Below are positions 40,396 through 52,899 of a stretch of DNA of 64,000 nt, one piece after another. The notes under the pieces are model-generated. The model was given only the letters and a program-made list of their open reading frames with translations, was not told the origin of the DNA and ran no database searches. How positions within the stretch are numbered: position 1 is the first letter of the stretch; every line of letters begins with the position of its first letter. A program made the translations under genes and the position numbers. This DNA is from Marsupella aquatica (taxonomy: Eukaryota > Plantae > Marchantiophyta): NCBI GenBank assembly GCA_973895155.1, contig OZ316895.1:9102184-9166183 (forward strand), read 5' to 3'.

Positions 40396-41196
40396 AATAG
40401 GCATAACGGGCATAATGAATATGCCTATGATAATCCTAATCTGGACAGGGTTGGATTTCGGGCAGCTTCGGGGTTTTTAGGGCACTTCCCAAGGTGACAC
40501 GTCGCCTGCGCCGGTGCGGAACACTCTCGCCAGCCTGGGCCCTGTCCCTTATTTTCATCCCGTTGGCCATTGCTCACCGCCTCGGGCCGGGCCCAGCGAC
40601 CACCACTCCACGCCTCTTGCCAGAATAGGCCACCGGGATAGGCCATGCCAGGCATCGTATTACACTCGTTCATCCGCGTACAGTGATTTCTTGTACAACC
40701 TATTGGTCGAGTAGGAACGAGACCCGATGCCCCCCTCGGTGATGCAAAGTCGCACAAAAAAAAGCTTGAAGAGACCTGCCGGAGTGTCGGTACTATATTT
40801 GATCTAACTGGCCAAATGCTGGAAATGAATCGGTCCTATTATTCGATCAAACTGGACAGCTGACAAAGTTGAAGCTAAGTACTGGACTGTACGTTTGATC
40901 GATTCGACAACTAAAGTCCTGCGTTTTCCGTTTTGTGTACATAGTCTCGTTACCTTCGAAGCAATCTTCCAATTTCTGGAATTGCAATCGATCATTGAAT
41001 TGCAACTATCATAGCAGAGATTGTATTGTGGCGTCTTTAGTCGAACTTAGCATCTGAGTGCGTAGTTCAGGGGTTGGAGACTCGGTGCAAATGCCCAGCG
41101 AAGATAGGGGTTTGATTGAAATAAAGCGGAGGCGAGGTGAGACGAGACGAGATGTGGATTGGAGAGTGAACTTGAACCCGATCGGACCGATCGATT

Positions 41197-42616
41197 ATGG
41201 CGATGGTACCCGGTGGAAACGAGAAAATCGACTATGACGAGAGTTCGGGCCAGCGATCAGTGGGGGCTGCAAAGGATCCGAATCTCCCGCCAACGCTGAC
41301 ACTGAGGAGCAAAAGGATGGTGCTGAAGACGCCTACTCCAGAGGACGACGTTGCCATGTGCGAAATTGTCTCGGATCCCCTCACTGTGCAGTACCTGCCT
41401 CACTTTCATCGACCCGGAGGGTGGACACTGAGCGAGATGGCTCAGCGCAGAGAAAAGCTTTTGGCTGCCCAAGGAGAGGTTTCTCTCCTCTCCTCTCCTC
41501 TCCTCTCCTCTCCTCTAAGAAGTTTGCAAACTCTCGTAGGGTAGAAGTAAAGCCTGAATGGCCGGATCCAGCCCATCAAATCTATGTGGAGGTTCCTACC
41601 AAATTTTTTATCGAATTCCTGTCGTTACGAGCGAAAATTGTTATGCGTCACCCAAGCTGCGTTCTGATTCGTGCACGGCTCGTTGAGGACTCCTGTAGTT
41701 GTTGATTGATGGTGGCAAAGATTCCACTCTAGAAATGCGATAATCTTTGAACATTTACTTTTCCCCTGATACTTACATTTTTGTTGAGAGTATTCCAAAT
41801 CGATTGAAGTGTCTGGACAAGGCAGTAGGGATGACGGGACTTGGAATTGAATGAAACTTGCAAGACTAACAGTGCACTCCTACATTGCCGTCAATTCAGC
41901 TGACTTGTGGAGCTTGTTGATTTTCCATTTGTGGACTTCTCTTAGTCAGTAGAAAAGACGAAGTGAACTAGTAGAGGACTGAAGCCCTCAGCAATGTATC
42001 CCAATTTCCTATTGTGAGACTGTCCTCCCCGAATGTGAAGACTTGGAACGATTTGTGTACTTCTACTGGGATGCTCGGAGCACTTAGTCGATAAAGAGTA
42101 AGTATACATTACAGTATGTCCAATGAATACCTCAACAGCTAATAGACATGGGTGGATTTGCAGAATAAAGGTCTGACAGTCTTCATTCACATTTTGGGCA
42201 ACGAAGGGCAAAATGGCGGCACTGAAGAGTTCCTCACGCAGTCAAATGACAAAGTCGAAGATCTGACTCTTGCTGGAACCACTGGCTTCAGTGCCGTGAA
42301 ACTAACGGACAGGACATGCGAGATCGGCATCATACTTCACCATCCCTACTGGAGAAAGGGGATTTGCACTGAGGCTCTCTACCTGTGCCTGCGGTATGCG
42401 TTTGAAGAGCTCGGCCTTCACAGAGTGGATTGGGTCACTTCAGTGGGCAACAAGGAAATGCGAGGGTGGTGTGAGGATCTCCTGCAAATGAAGCCTGTCG
42501 ATGTCATGACTGAAAACCTTGGAGCTTCGGTGGGATATTCGTTATCAGTATCAGAGTGGCAGAGCCGTGTCAGCCATTTCCTTGAGCAGAAAGTGTCCTC
42601 GAGACGCAGCAGCTAA
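41197..42616 (+). CDS. GNAT N-acetyltransferase, RimJ/RimL (Acetyltransf_3) type; 2 exons
   Basis: Exon 1 (41197-~41478) TLRSKRMVLKTPTPEDDVAMCEIVSDPLTVQYL; exon 2 (~42164-42616) CEIGIILHHPYWRKGICTEALYLCLRYAFEELGLHRV..N, with the acetyl-CoA motif A variant WRKGI. Confidence 0.88.
41483..41515 (+). repeat. (CTCCT)n pyrimidine microsatellite at the 5' end of the GNAT intron
   Basis: ctctcctctcctctcctctcctctcctctcctct directly after the GT donor. Confidence 0.8.
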
Positions 42617-43882
42617 CTGACAGCAGCAGTCATGTTCTGAAATCCCACCGCCACGAGATAGACCATAACCAAGTAGACACGGGCACCGGTGGTGAGATCC
42701 TACGAAGTACAACCCTTTGAAAATAGAGAAGAAGCATAAGTTGTGGTTGAGACCATGACGCTTTTCACAATGATCTTCGTCCAGAGCGCACTGTTGCGGT
42801 GATAAGACATCTGACTCCCTAAGTCTTAGAGGCAGCGCCCATAATCGAAATATCAGGAAGGATAGTACTCCTACTTGAGTGCCGGCGTTTCTAGAAGCCT
42901 CCTTCATTGGTAATTTCATTGTGTCATTGATTCTCTGTAATGATTTAGCTACATTATGTGGAACAAATGTGAAACCAGCTTAGACGACACATTTTTGCCT
43001 ACCTTCACACCTCAAAATGATTCCTCAATTGAACTCCTTTCACTAACATATACACGGTTGGCCATGTTCTAATGTGCCTGACCAATAATTGTTTACCACT
43101 ACTTCGGGTTGTGGATAGTCGCTTGTGCAGCTTCAAGAATGCTTTTCTTTCTTCGTGGTTCTCCAATTCTACAGATAGACAGGGGACATTTAAAAGCAGT
43201 CCGCATTCTTCGTCGTCAATTGTCCACCCATGATTCTAGGGTGGACCATTTACTAGTTCATGAGGGACTGGAGCGCTGAAAATGATCCCTGCGGATCAAA
43301 TGTAGAAAAGAATCTAAGCTCCATTGCCGTGTGGGACGGTCCTTGAGTATCGTTCATGACGTTCTTTCAATGCGAGCCGGTGCAACTTTTTGTAAGATAA
43401 ATTAAACTGTTTTCTGCGTTTGATAAAAGCTTAACAAAAAGCTCGCCAGACATGTGTCAATTGTCATGATCATTGGGAGCCAGAGGGGGTGACCCGTCAG
43501 TATATCCGGGAATGAAAGCTACCTATGACGACCAGAAATTGTATCATGCAAAGTAAATGCAAAGCTGCTTTGAAAAATAGTTGCTGCCAAATCGACTGAT
43601 TTGCTTGATTTCGAATGTACAAACTGTAGCTTCTTCACAACCAAAGTTCAAAACTCGTGTAATATGTCCCAAAGCTGTATCACTTTCATTGGCAACAGGG
43701 GCTTTCTGGCGGTGGTTGTAGCCCACCATCACATCAAGCTATGTCACAGCCGAATGACTAAGGACTACCGAGAGTTCCACTTCACAAACGTATATACAAG
43801 CAGAATTATTCACTACAACTACAGTTGAGGTCAGATGTACAAACGCACACACGTTGCAGCTTAGAAGACGCACTGCGTGGCT

Positions 43883-46511
43883 CTAAGACGCAGTTGAGGA
43901 ACTTGTCACGGTCCATTTCCCCTCGGCAGTGCGATGAAGTCCAGCATTCATATTTTCATCTTTACTACCCCTAGAAACCGTCAGGTGAAGCTGAAATTGA
44001 GTCTTTTCATCATCCGCCTGCAGAGATTTACCATCAAAAGGAGTCAGGAACGAATGCACAGTCCCACCCAACCGTATTGCAGAAAGTTCACTTCAACTGG
44101 AAACGTCAAAACCATCTGTCAAATAATGCCTATAAAAGGTAATGTACAGATTAGCAAAGAAAGATTAAAACGATTTTCTGATAGTAACGCTTATCAGACG
44201 GTAAAGCTAGCCCAGAAGAACTCAATTACAGAAACAGTTAAAACAGCAAAGCGAAGGCTAGCTACATCTAAAAAACCTCAAAAATATGGACAGAAGAACA
44301 TCAGAGGGATTCAAAATGAAGTTTCAACGCAATCAAGCTTGTGAAATGAAAACACAAGCCAAAAAATATCGACAGACATAGCAAAACAAAGGTACATGAG
44401 GAAAGCACGACCATCTCATATTTAGGTCCGCACATCGATCTTCATAACATGTGAATGTGTTTCCCCAAGGATATAAAGCTCCCACAATCATTCCAATTCA
44501 AGACCTCATTTAAACCAGTTTATCTTATGAACTCCTGATATTGAGGTTACATGCTTTCAAGGACTACATATATTTTCGGAAACGTTTAGAGAACCTGTAC
44601 GTCCAGTTTAATATCTCCATTCTGTTAGCGTGATACACTGGCATGCGACAGCAGCAGAGTAAAAATCACGAAAACACAGCTCCGGATAGAACGAACCTCG
44701 GCATGCGCGGAAAGTATTTCTTTAAGCTTATACGGTACAAGGGAATTGGATTTGTTATTCAACCCCTTAATAGCATGCTCTGCAGCTTCCTTGATTACAG
44801 GGTCCTCAACTGAGACTGCAGGCAGCCCTGATGGCTCTCGTGTGTCGGAGGACACACCTAGCAAACCCAGACCACCGTCCATCAGCTACATATAATACTC
44901 CACAATCATACCAGCTGGTGGATGGACACAACCCACAAACTGCAGCAACTGAGGCCGAAAGCTACAGTCCAGATAGACACAGCCAGGTCACGTTCATAGT
45001 AAACGTGCTTCGTTCTTCTCCAACCAAGAAACGATAATGGTCCGATTGTGAAATTGTAATGCAGTTTCATTTCATTTGTGTTGATGTCCTTTGACATTAA
45101 CGGCATCTTGGATCATTACCAATGCCATGTTCAGCACAGATGTTTTTTAAGAGCTTCACAAAAATCTGAAAAATCATACATCATCAATAGCATACGGACA
45201 TAGTACAGGAAAGTAACATCGATAGAAGAAGGCAATTAGAAGAATCAACTCACTGCTAGAAGTTTCAGATTCCTTGAAGTGCTCCAAGGTCTTGTGGTTC
45301 TGCCATGGCTTCGTCCAGACCTTGGCATCGTACAGCTTGGGCTGGTCCGAAGATTCATGAGTAGCTTCCAGGGTCAAGTGGTACATGGTACCTGCCACAA
45401 CCTGGGTCTTAGCCGTCACCACCTTCTTGAAAGTCAATTTCTTCCCCTGTAATGACAACGGCGACACACAATCATGAAATGAGTTTCACTCCCAATCGAC
45501 CAATGAAGGTACAAAAGTGACCCGCATAATCTCCCATTCATTATCTAATTGAGCTACCTACGACAAGAAGTCGTAGATATTGCGAAACTTCAAAGGACGG
45601 ATGAAACCTGTCAGAGAGAACCAATGAAACTACTATTTTCTAAAAATGAAGAAAGAAAAGCCAATAAGCTCCAAACTACAAAGCACACAGAAGCCAGCAG
45701 GCACGTATCACAAGCTCAGGACTGCGCTTCCCAGACTTTTATTTACAAAATACCACAAGACAGCAATCACACACCAGAACTTTGCACGGGTGATTACAAC
45801 CTCAGCTACAGAGCAAGGTGTCGTCCTGAGCAGAGTACAGACCTAACGGCTGAGTGGAAATTTTGGGACAGGGGTGGAACTCATCCTTGTGAATACATTC
45901 ATCGTCTGATTCCGTAAAACACCACGATACCACAAAATATGATCTATATCTCCTTCCAGACCTTGTCAGAGAAGGAAGATGTTACAGGGTGGCGCAGAAT
46001 ATCGATCTAAAACACCGTAGTGGAATCTCTCGGATTAGTCAATCGTCAAAATCGCAAATCTTACAGTCGCCCGACCGAAAGAAGGGAAAGTTATTCGCAG
46101 TACTCGACGATCCCGAGAACCTGCTGGCTTGCCCACACGGTACCTTAATGACGAACACCTTAGAGATCAACGACAACCATTGCTTGACCTCACAAAATCA
46201 TTCAGAAGATGAATAATTAAGGATGCCGTCCGCACACATACCTCCTTGGCGTTGTGCTCCTCGACTGCGAACTTCCCGATATCCTCCACCTCCGCGCTGT
46301 TCTCGGAGCTCTTGACCTCCTTGGGTGCTCCCATCAGTCCGCCCGCCATGGTTTCTGCCTGTCTCTCGACCTCTTCCTCACACAGAGTTGATTTGAAGCC
46401 CAAGCTGGTGATGCCGCACACCCCGAACACAATTACCAGAACCAGCAGCAACGACGTGACGATCGATGACAGCCGATTACAACTCCCCTTCTTCCCCGCA
46501 CCAAATTTCAT
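43883..46511 (-). CDS. C-terminally extended (two-domain) phytocystatin, cysteine protease inhibitor; 4 exons
   Basis: Hydrophobic leader IVTSLLLVLVIVFGVCG; GG..G; IGKFAVEEHN (LARFAV-like); QVVAG; VWTKPW; second domain with SNSL motif (GLNNKSNSLVPYKL) and last exon ..LTVSRGSKDENMNAGLHRTAEGKW..* ending 43883. Exons ~46241-46511, ~45254-45447, ~44697-44886, 43883-~44017. Confidence 0.92.
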
Positions 46512-46924
46512 CCCCTTTTCTCTCTGAATCGAGACAACGCGCTGCTTAAAAGAACCCAGCACCTCACTACATTTTCCGCCGTGCCTTCATCGTTACTTCT
46601 CTGTGAATCCTTTTCCCACTCCCCTCGAATCGTGCGATCGATCGTTTTGTCCTTCGCCCATCGCTCTGTTCCTCACCTGCGTTTCTGCGAGATCCCACCA
46701 CGCAGCAGAAATGCCATTCGCCAAGGTACCGCACAGGACCACACCGGTACAGGTGTCACACGCTCGCTCATGCCACCACGACAGGCTGCAGTCACTTCAT
46801 TCGCCCTCTGGCCAGTGAGCACCGACGGCGCAAAACCCAGCGCAGTCCATCGAAACCCGCCCGCATGCAAGGCAGAAACAAGACAGCGCCACCTGGTGCG
46901 ATGAAAGAAACCCACCGCCTCTCT

Positions 46925-47083
46925 TGTCACTCAACCTTAAACAAAACTTTGTCCGGTTTGCGCGGCCCTCAACACAGCTCACAGCCTCACACCCCCCAAT
47001 GTCACTCAACCTTAGACAAAACTTTGTCCGGTTTGCGCAAATTTTAGGCCCTCAACACGGCTCACAGCCTCACACCCCCAATG
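46925..47083. repeat. ~75 bp tandem duplication in the cystatin upstream region
   Basis: tgtcactcaacctta(a/g)acaaaactttgtccggtttgcgc..ggccctcaacac(a/g)gctcacagcctcacacccccaa at 46925 and 47000; copy 2 has an 8 bp insertion. Confidence 0.9.
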
Positions 47084-49708
47084 CCGCTGCCACATCGAGA
47101 GAATCAAATTGAAATGGGGTCTAAATGCCACATCGAGACAGTTGAAGTAGGGCCTATATTCACTGCAGCAAAACTGCAAAAGGCTTCATGGCCCCCTATG
47201 GGAAATCAAAGCCCAACGAGCCCATATCTTTTGAAGGTGACTTGTTGGTGGGGCCCATGCACATTACTAGGGCAAAGTTCCATGGGCCAGGGGCAGGGAG
47301 TATGATCACTCCCTCTGACACCGCTTTGGGCCCAAAATACATGTATGCCAAGGTGTACACAATATTTTTGGATGAACCTAAAGGTTATGTGATGGGGGGC
47401 AAAAATTGACTCCAAAGTATGTTCCCCGCATACACAGTCTCTCCTCATAATTATAGAGGCACAGATATATACTTTGGTCATAACATTCTCATTAGGGACC
47501 CCACTAGAGGTCCCTTCCAAAATTCCTGGCTCCACAGCGTGCCATGTCATCATGGCGCCCTGCAAACAGGAACGAATTGGTTTCCACAATGAAATTATGC
47601 CCACATTCGTGTTTGCGGCAGGATTTTGGTAAAACTGGGGACGCCATGCCGTAAAAATTCATGTAAACTTGTTTTACAAGTAACCGTATTATTTACTTTT
47701 AGATAACAAATTATTGAAGTTGAAATAGACAATAACCGTTTTTTTAACCCCTAAATAACGGAATGCACACCCTCTGGTTCAATTAACCATTAATTAAGTA
47801 ATAATTAAAAGAGAAAAAAAAATTAATGAAATGTGTAATCGAAAGTAAGCACTTGTCACTAGAAACACATAATTAACGTCCACTACAATCCATCCCGCCC
47901 GCAATCCACACTGCAAAGAGCGCTCCTCCGCGCCACAACCTTTGCACGCATTCTGGTTGTTGATTTTGATTGTGATTGTGCTGTGAATGTGTGCACACGC
48001 AATGTTGAGAGAAACGAGAAGGTGAGATCGAAGTGCCCCATCGAAGATTGATAACAAAGAAACGATCGAATCAGGAAGAGAAGGACTGCGATTTGAACCT
48101 GAAATCAAAACAAAGATCAAAAGAGGCCATGGCGAAGTGAAAGCGTAAGCCAGGAGAAGTGAAGGAGATACGAAAGGGCGAGAGAGACTAACACAACGCC
48201 CCGATGATCCAAAGAACAACAGAAAATTGAAAGAGTAAATTAAGGATCGAACAAGAAGATATAAAACGCTGCAGAAACACAATGGTGGCAGAGAAGAGCG
48301 GAAAGGCAGCGACCTGAGCAGAAGAAAAAGGCAAAAGCAGATCGATCGAACAAGGTCAACTTTCATTGCTGAATACTTCTGATTTTGATGTCTCTTGCTC
48401 GCGTGGCCTTCAGTCACCAATGCCCTTCACGAGCGCTCATTTTGCTTCTTCCTTGCTTCTTCCTTTAGGAATCCCTGGAAGCCGATATCACTGAAAATTT
48501 GTGATATGAATGAGTGTCGTGGAGCACACTTCGACACCACAAATTGAGAGGGACAGGTTTAAAGAAATATAGTTTGATCAATCAATCAATGTGGCAAGAG
48601 AGCCAAAGTAGAATGAGTAAAAGAAATCTTAATTGACTCCCTCCATGATAAGTGAAGGCTTCCAGGGATTGCCTCCCCTCTGTTTCCTTTCTTCAATTTT
48701 TGATTTTTGGGTAGTAGCATCGAGAGTTTTCGCACTAGATTAGCATGAATTCAGCTAATTAATTGAGGTGGGTCAAGCATAAATGATTTTGGTCTTTGGC
48801 CAGAACATTCGGTCGTTTGATGTATGCAGCACAGAGATCAGCTTTGACCGTGTTACGTTTTACGTGCAATATTTGACAAGGAAATGAGTGGGGTCTGAGT
48901 CGATAAAAATGTCTAATGAATTCCATAAAGATAAATCTCGGGGTATCTATAATAGTATATCTAAAGATAAACTATTCTTGCTCAGTCTCGCCTGCATTCT
49001 TCATTTTGTTTTCATTCTGGTCCTTACTAGCAAGTGGCTTCATTTTTCCACGTTCATTTTCCAGCGACTATTTTTGGGGAGCATAGAGTACTCACCGGAA
49101 GTAGTCTTTGTCCCAGCCTTTCAATAGCACCGACTAGAGAAATCTGCTAGAATTTATAGAAATGGGTCAGCGCAGTCATATTAGATAGACTTCTCTTTAG
49201 GAGAATGGTAGAACAAATTTGATCACATTGTAGCGAATGATCCATGACTTGAAAGAGTTGAGTCGACCACTTTTGGTGGAAGCCATCTCTTTTGATCCTA
49301 TCTCCTAAAAGAATGCAAAAATTGCATGGCAGCGTACATGTGTGGGCAAACAGCGTTGAACTCAAGTCTCGAGGCTCTCTTTTGGTGCGAAGAAACACAA
49401 AGAAACGACCACTCTTCCATTTTTGAAATTGAAGGACAGGAAAAGATGTGCATCTGGCATGAGTTAATTTTTAGCAATCTGGGTAGTCGATGTTTGAAAC
49501 AAGGCTGACAATCCCAGGCTCTTCTCCCCAGGATTTGTCTATGGAGCAGGGCCTGGGTCTGCCCTAGCCATCGATTTGGTCCAGCCGGATCCCCAAATGC
49601 CTGAGGTGAGGGCGAAATGCCTCAAGAGTCCTTAGACTGCCCACTACCGCTCTGCAGTTCTCCACACTTACAATGATGATGCCTCTATTCAAGTGCCGGA
49701 TCGTATTA

Positions 49709-50798
49709 GCTGCTTAGTAAGGGACCTAACCTTAGCAATTTTCCTAACATTCAAGAAGACGCTGACGAACAACCAGATGTAAGTGAGCACGCCTATTATT
49801 ATTATATAATCCAAGGAAATTAATGTATGGATTGAGGCTGATGAAGCAGTTGTTCACAGTAATAGTCACCAAATCACAGACAAAAATAGTTACACTCTCA
49901 TCCTTCAGACTCTCATTTCTCCATGAAGAAATTCAGGAGGTTGATGCTCGGGATGATGAAGCTGGTGGTAGTCGCCAAATTAGACCGAAGCACTATAATC
50001 CTCCAAACTTTTTATCACTATAATCTAGGAATTACGGTTGCGTTTGACTGCCTTAGTTTACGAGTCTGGATAGAGCACACTTGGGACATATTAAGAATTC
50101 AGGGATACTGGGGAATCAATCAGATACTGGTGTCCCTTCTTCTGGGAAGGAAGATGGCCTGATAAAGGAACTCAGATTCTCATTGAAAATTCTGCAATAC
50201 AAATTTTTTGATCGTTTGGGAAGGTAATACTCCTACCTCCATAGTACTTTACCATGAAACGTGGGTCCTAGACATGCAACTAGCTTGTGCAACCACCTGA
50301 GGTGCAGCGTTGCCGGTGAGTGAGGCACTCAAGTAGACCAATCCCATAGTACAACCCCTAAGGAAAGCCAGAAGCCCTCCTCGGAATCGGCCAATGCCAC
50401 TGGACCCAACTTTTTGTAGGATTTTGATGTCTCTCTTTTGATTCTCTTTTCTGCTTCTTTTTGCCTTTTGAATCTGGGACTCTTCTTTTCGCCTTGTATT
50501 ATTCTTTCTCGATCAAGTGCGAGTGTTGTTATTATTCTTTCCCCAAGTGCAAGAAATAAAGCTCCTATAGAACTCTATACAGTAAGTACAATGTTCTATA
50601 GAGCTCCTATAGAACTCTATACAGTATAGAAGATGAAAGTTCTCCAATTTGAACTTCAGGAATTGAATTAACTCTATTTACTATTCTAGATATACAGCTC
50701 AAAAATGAGATGGAATGCAGCTGCTTAGTAAGGGTCCTGACCTTAGCAATTTTCCTAACAAGAAGACGCTGACAAACCACCAGTCAGATGTTAGTGAG
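49709..50798 (+). repeat. Dispersed ~80 bp direct repeat resembling a duplicated exon of a decayed gene
   Basis: agctgcttagtaaggg(a/t)cct(a/g)accttagcaattttcctaaca..aagaagacgctgac..ccag..atgt(a/t)agtgagc at 49709-49788 and 50719-50798, each ending in a GT donor-like site. Confidence 0.75.
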
Positions 50799-51097
50799 CC
50801 CTAGATATTGCAAATCGCGTCCTTTGTGAACAAAGCTCACAACATGAAAAAGCATTTGCAGGATGCACAGGCTTTCAGAGTCAACTGTTTCTTTGTAGTA
50901 GGGTTCGATGTCATTGTCGATCTTGCTTGTCATAACTAAATTAGAGAGACACCTAAAATAAAGTGAGTCACGCGACCTATACTTAGAGCCTATAACTAGA
51001 CTGAAATTTATAATTAGGTTGACACCTGAAATAAACTTAAGCGAGTCACAATTTTATGTGAGATGTATTTTATAGGTTTTTAAATTATGTAAAATAT

Positions 51098-51190
51098 TTT
51101 AAAAGGTAAGTGCTATTATTTAATAAAATATTACAATATTAAAATTCTAAATAATAGCACTTACCTTTTAAATAATAGCACTTACCTTTT
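51098..51190. repeat. Perfect 25 bp inverted repeat with a tandemly duplicated right arm
   Basis: tttaaaaggtaagtgctattattta (51098-51122) and taaataatagcacttaccttttaaa (51148-51172); aaataatagcacttacctttt is repeated again to 51190. Confidence 0.9.
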
Positions 51191-51744
51191 CAATTTTTTG
51201 TAAATTGAAAATAATTCATTTAAACAATATATTCACATTAAATTTGGTTATAACCGGATGGATAAGTTGGCGTTTAATATAAAAGGGTAGTCAAGTAACT
51301 ACCCTTAATATGAGTAACCGCCTAAGGTCTCCTAGACCCTAGAAGACCAAATTGGCATCTCCCCCACTCATGCTCCTCGCTCCTGGCCATCTCCATAGAC
51401 TCCTATCTAGCAACGGCAATCACTCTCTTTGAACTGTGTTTCTATGATTTATTTCTTTGAAGCTTCCCTGATGTAAAGCGAGCTAAGAAGTAACAGACTG
51501 GAGGGAGTCTCAGCCCCGTTCTCAACTTTGTTGCACTCTTGGCGATGTACGAGGTGACCTGCAATGGAAGTGAATTCAGAGCAGCAAGGAACCCAATAAG
51601 CCTGCCAAAAGAAGGAATAAGAGTTTGATGCGAATGCTTGTGCATACCACTGGCAAGCTTAGCTGGCATCTGGAGTATTGGACAGGTATAAAACTGTAAC
51701 CCAAGTTTCAGGCCACAAAATTGTGCAGATTAAAAGCGGTATCA

Positions 51745-51948
51745 CCCCTGGGCCCTCACTCCGTGTAAAAGAAGTGGACCCCCTGCGATCGAGCTCTTTT
51801 CATGTTTACCCTTTGTTATTTCCATTTTACTATTAAAAGTTCCCTTATTACCAATAATAATTATAATTATTAGTTCAAAATGAATACAAATTACCCTTAG
51901 AGCGTTCGCACATCCTCCACGTATTAGTTAAGATTGAGGGCCCAGGGG
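51745..51948. mobile_element. ~200 bp MITE with perfect 13-14 bp TIRs and an intact TSD
   Basis: CCCCTGGGCCCTCA (51745-51758) and TGAGGGCCCAGGGG (51935-51948), flanked by GTATCA on both sides (or GGTATCAC if the TIR is read as 13 bp). Confidence 0.85.
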
Positions 51949-52534
51949 GTATCACTCACGCTGCACGCAAGTCAAACTTGAAATAACAATGGCATGGATT
52001 CAAACATGAACGGAAGCCGCAATGCAAGTAGGACAATCAAAACCTTTTTGTGAGCAATTCATGTCTCCTCATACACAACAGTTAGTTTTGCTATTATCAT
52101 GGTTAAGTTCCACAGGCAAGCAATTGATCACTTCTAGACACAACTAAAACAGCAGTCCGACACAACCAATCTTTCACCTCCACTCTCTTATCATGACCCT
52201 GCTCCCACAGAAGTTCCACGGGTAATTTTGAGCAAAGCTCTCGAGAGAAACATATGCACGCTTGTGCAATTTTAGGGAATTCTAAAGTGGTGTTTAGTAC
52301 AAAATTAGTTGAGCTTGAGCTTGCAAACCTCAACCTATCAAACAAAAGAATGAACTAGACAATATCATCTTCATTCTATTTCTCATGTCCATTTATATGA
52401 ATTATCAAGGGTTGATCACATGAAGCATGAATATGACCATAAGTTTCCAAATGGAGTGATTAGAAACCTGCGTTGATACCTCTTCCCATCCATATCGCTC
52501 CATAGTAGATGATCTCATAGATTGCTAGATTAGC

Positions 52535-52745
52535 TCAAACTTTTGACCGGCTTGCCCTATTTAAGAAGCATGATATATAAGGCCATACTTGGGGGTTTTG
52601 TGCTTCGTCTTAAGAGCTCGCCTAGCAGCACTGTCAGATTGGGAGCAATTGTTGTCATTCTACTTTGCAAGTAATCAAAAAGTTGAATTTGGTACTTCAA
52701 CAAAGCAATCACTTGATTGCAGAGGGACTTGATGGAAATTGAGTC
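52535..52745 (-). pseudogene. NOP58: NOP58/NOP5 (box C/D snoRNP protein) pseudogene fragment with internal deletion
   Basis: IKSLCNQVIALLKYQIQLFDYLQSRMTTIAPNLTVLLGEL joins, in a shifted frame, [27 protein letters not shown]; both are Nop-domain signatures. In-frame stop present. Confidence 0.8.
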
Positions 52746-52899
52746 AACAAAGCACGAACTGATGAAGATGGAGAATTGAGTCGACAAAGAGAGAAACTTG
52801 CAAAGATTTTAGGAGTCTTAATGTGTTCAACAAAAATGCTTGAGGAGAATTGATGTGAAATGAATAGTGTGTCTATGGAAAAGCTGAACCAGGAAGAGA

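Noticed and set aside
43934-44344. 136-aa plus-strand ORF
   Set aside because: Antisense to the last cystatin exon and intron; no independent coding evidence.
47794-48420. 208-aa hydrophobic minus-strand ORF resembling a membrane protein
   Set aside because: Antisense reading of a purine-rich (GA/AAG) tract gives L/S/F-rich text; no family motif.
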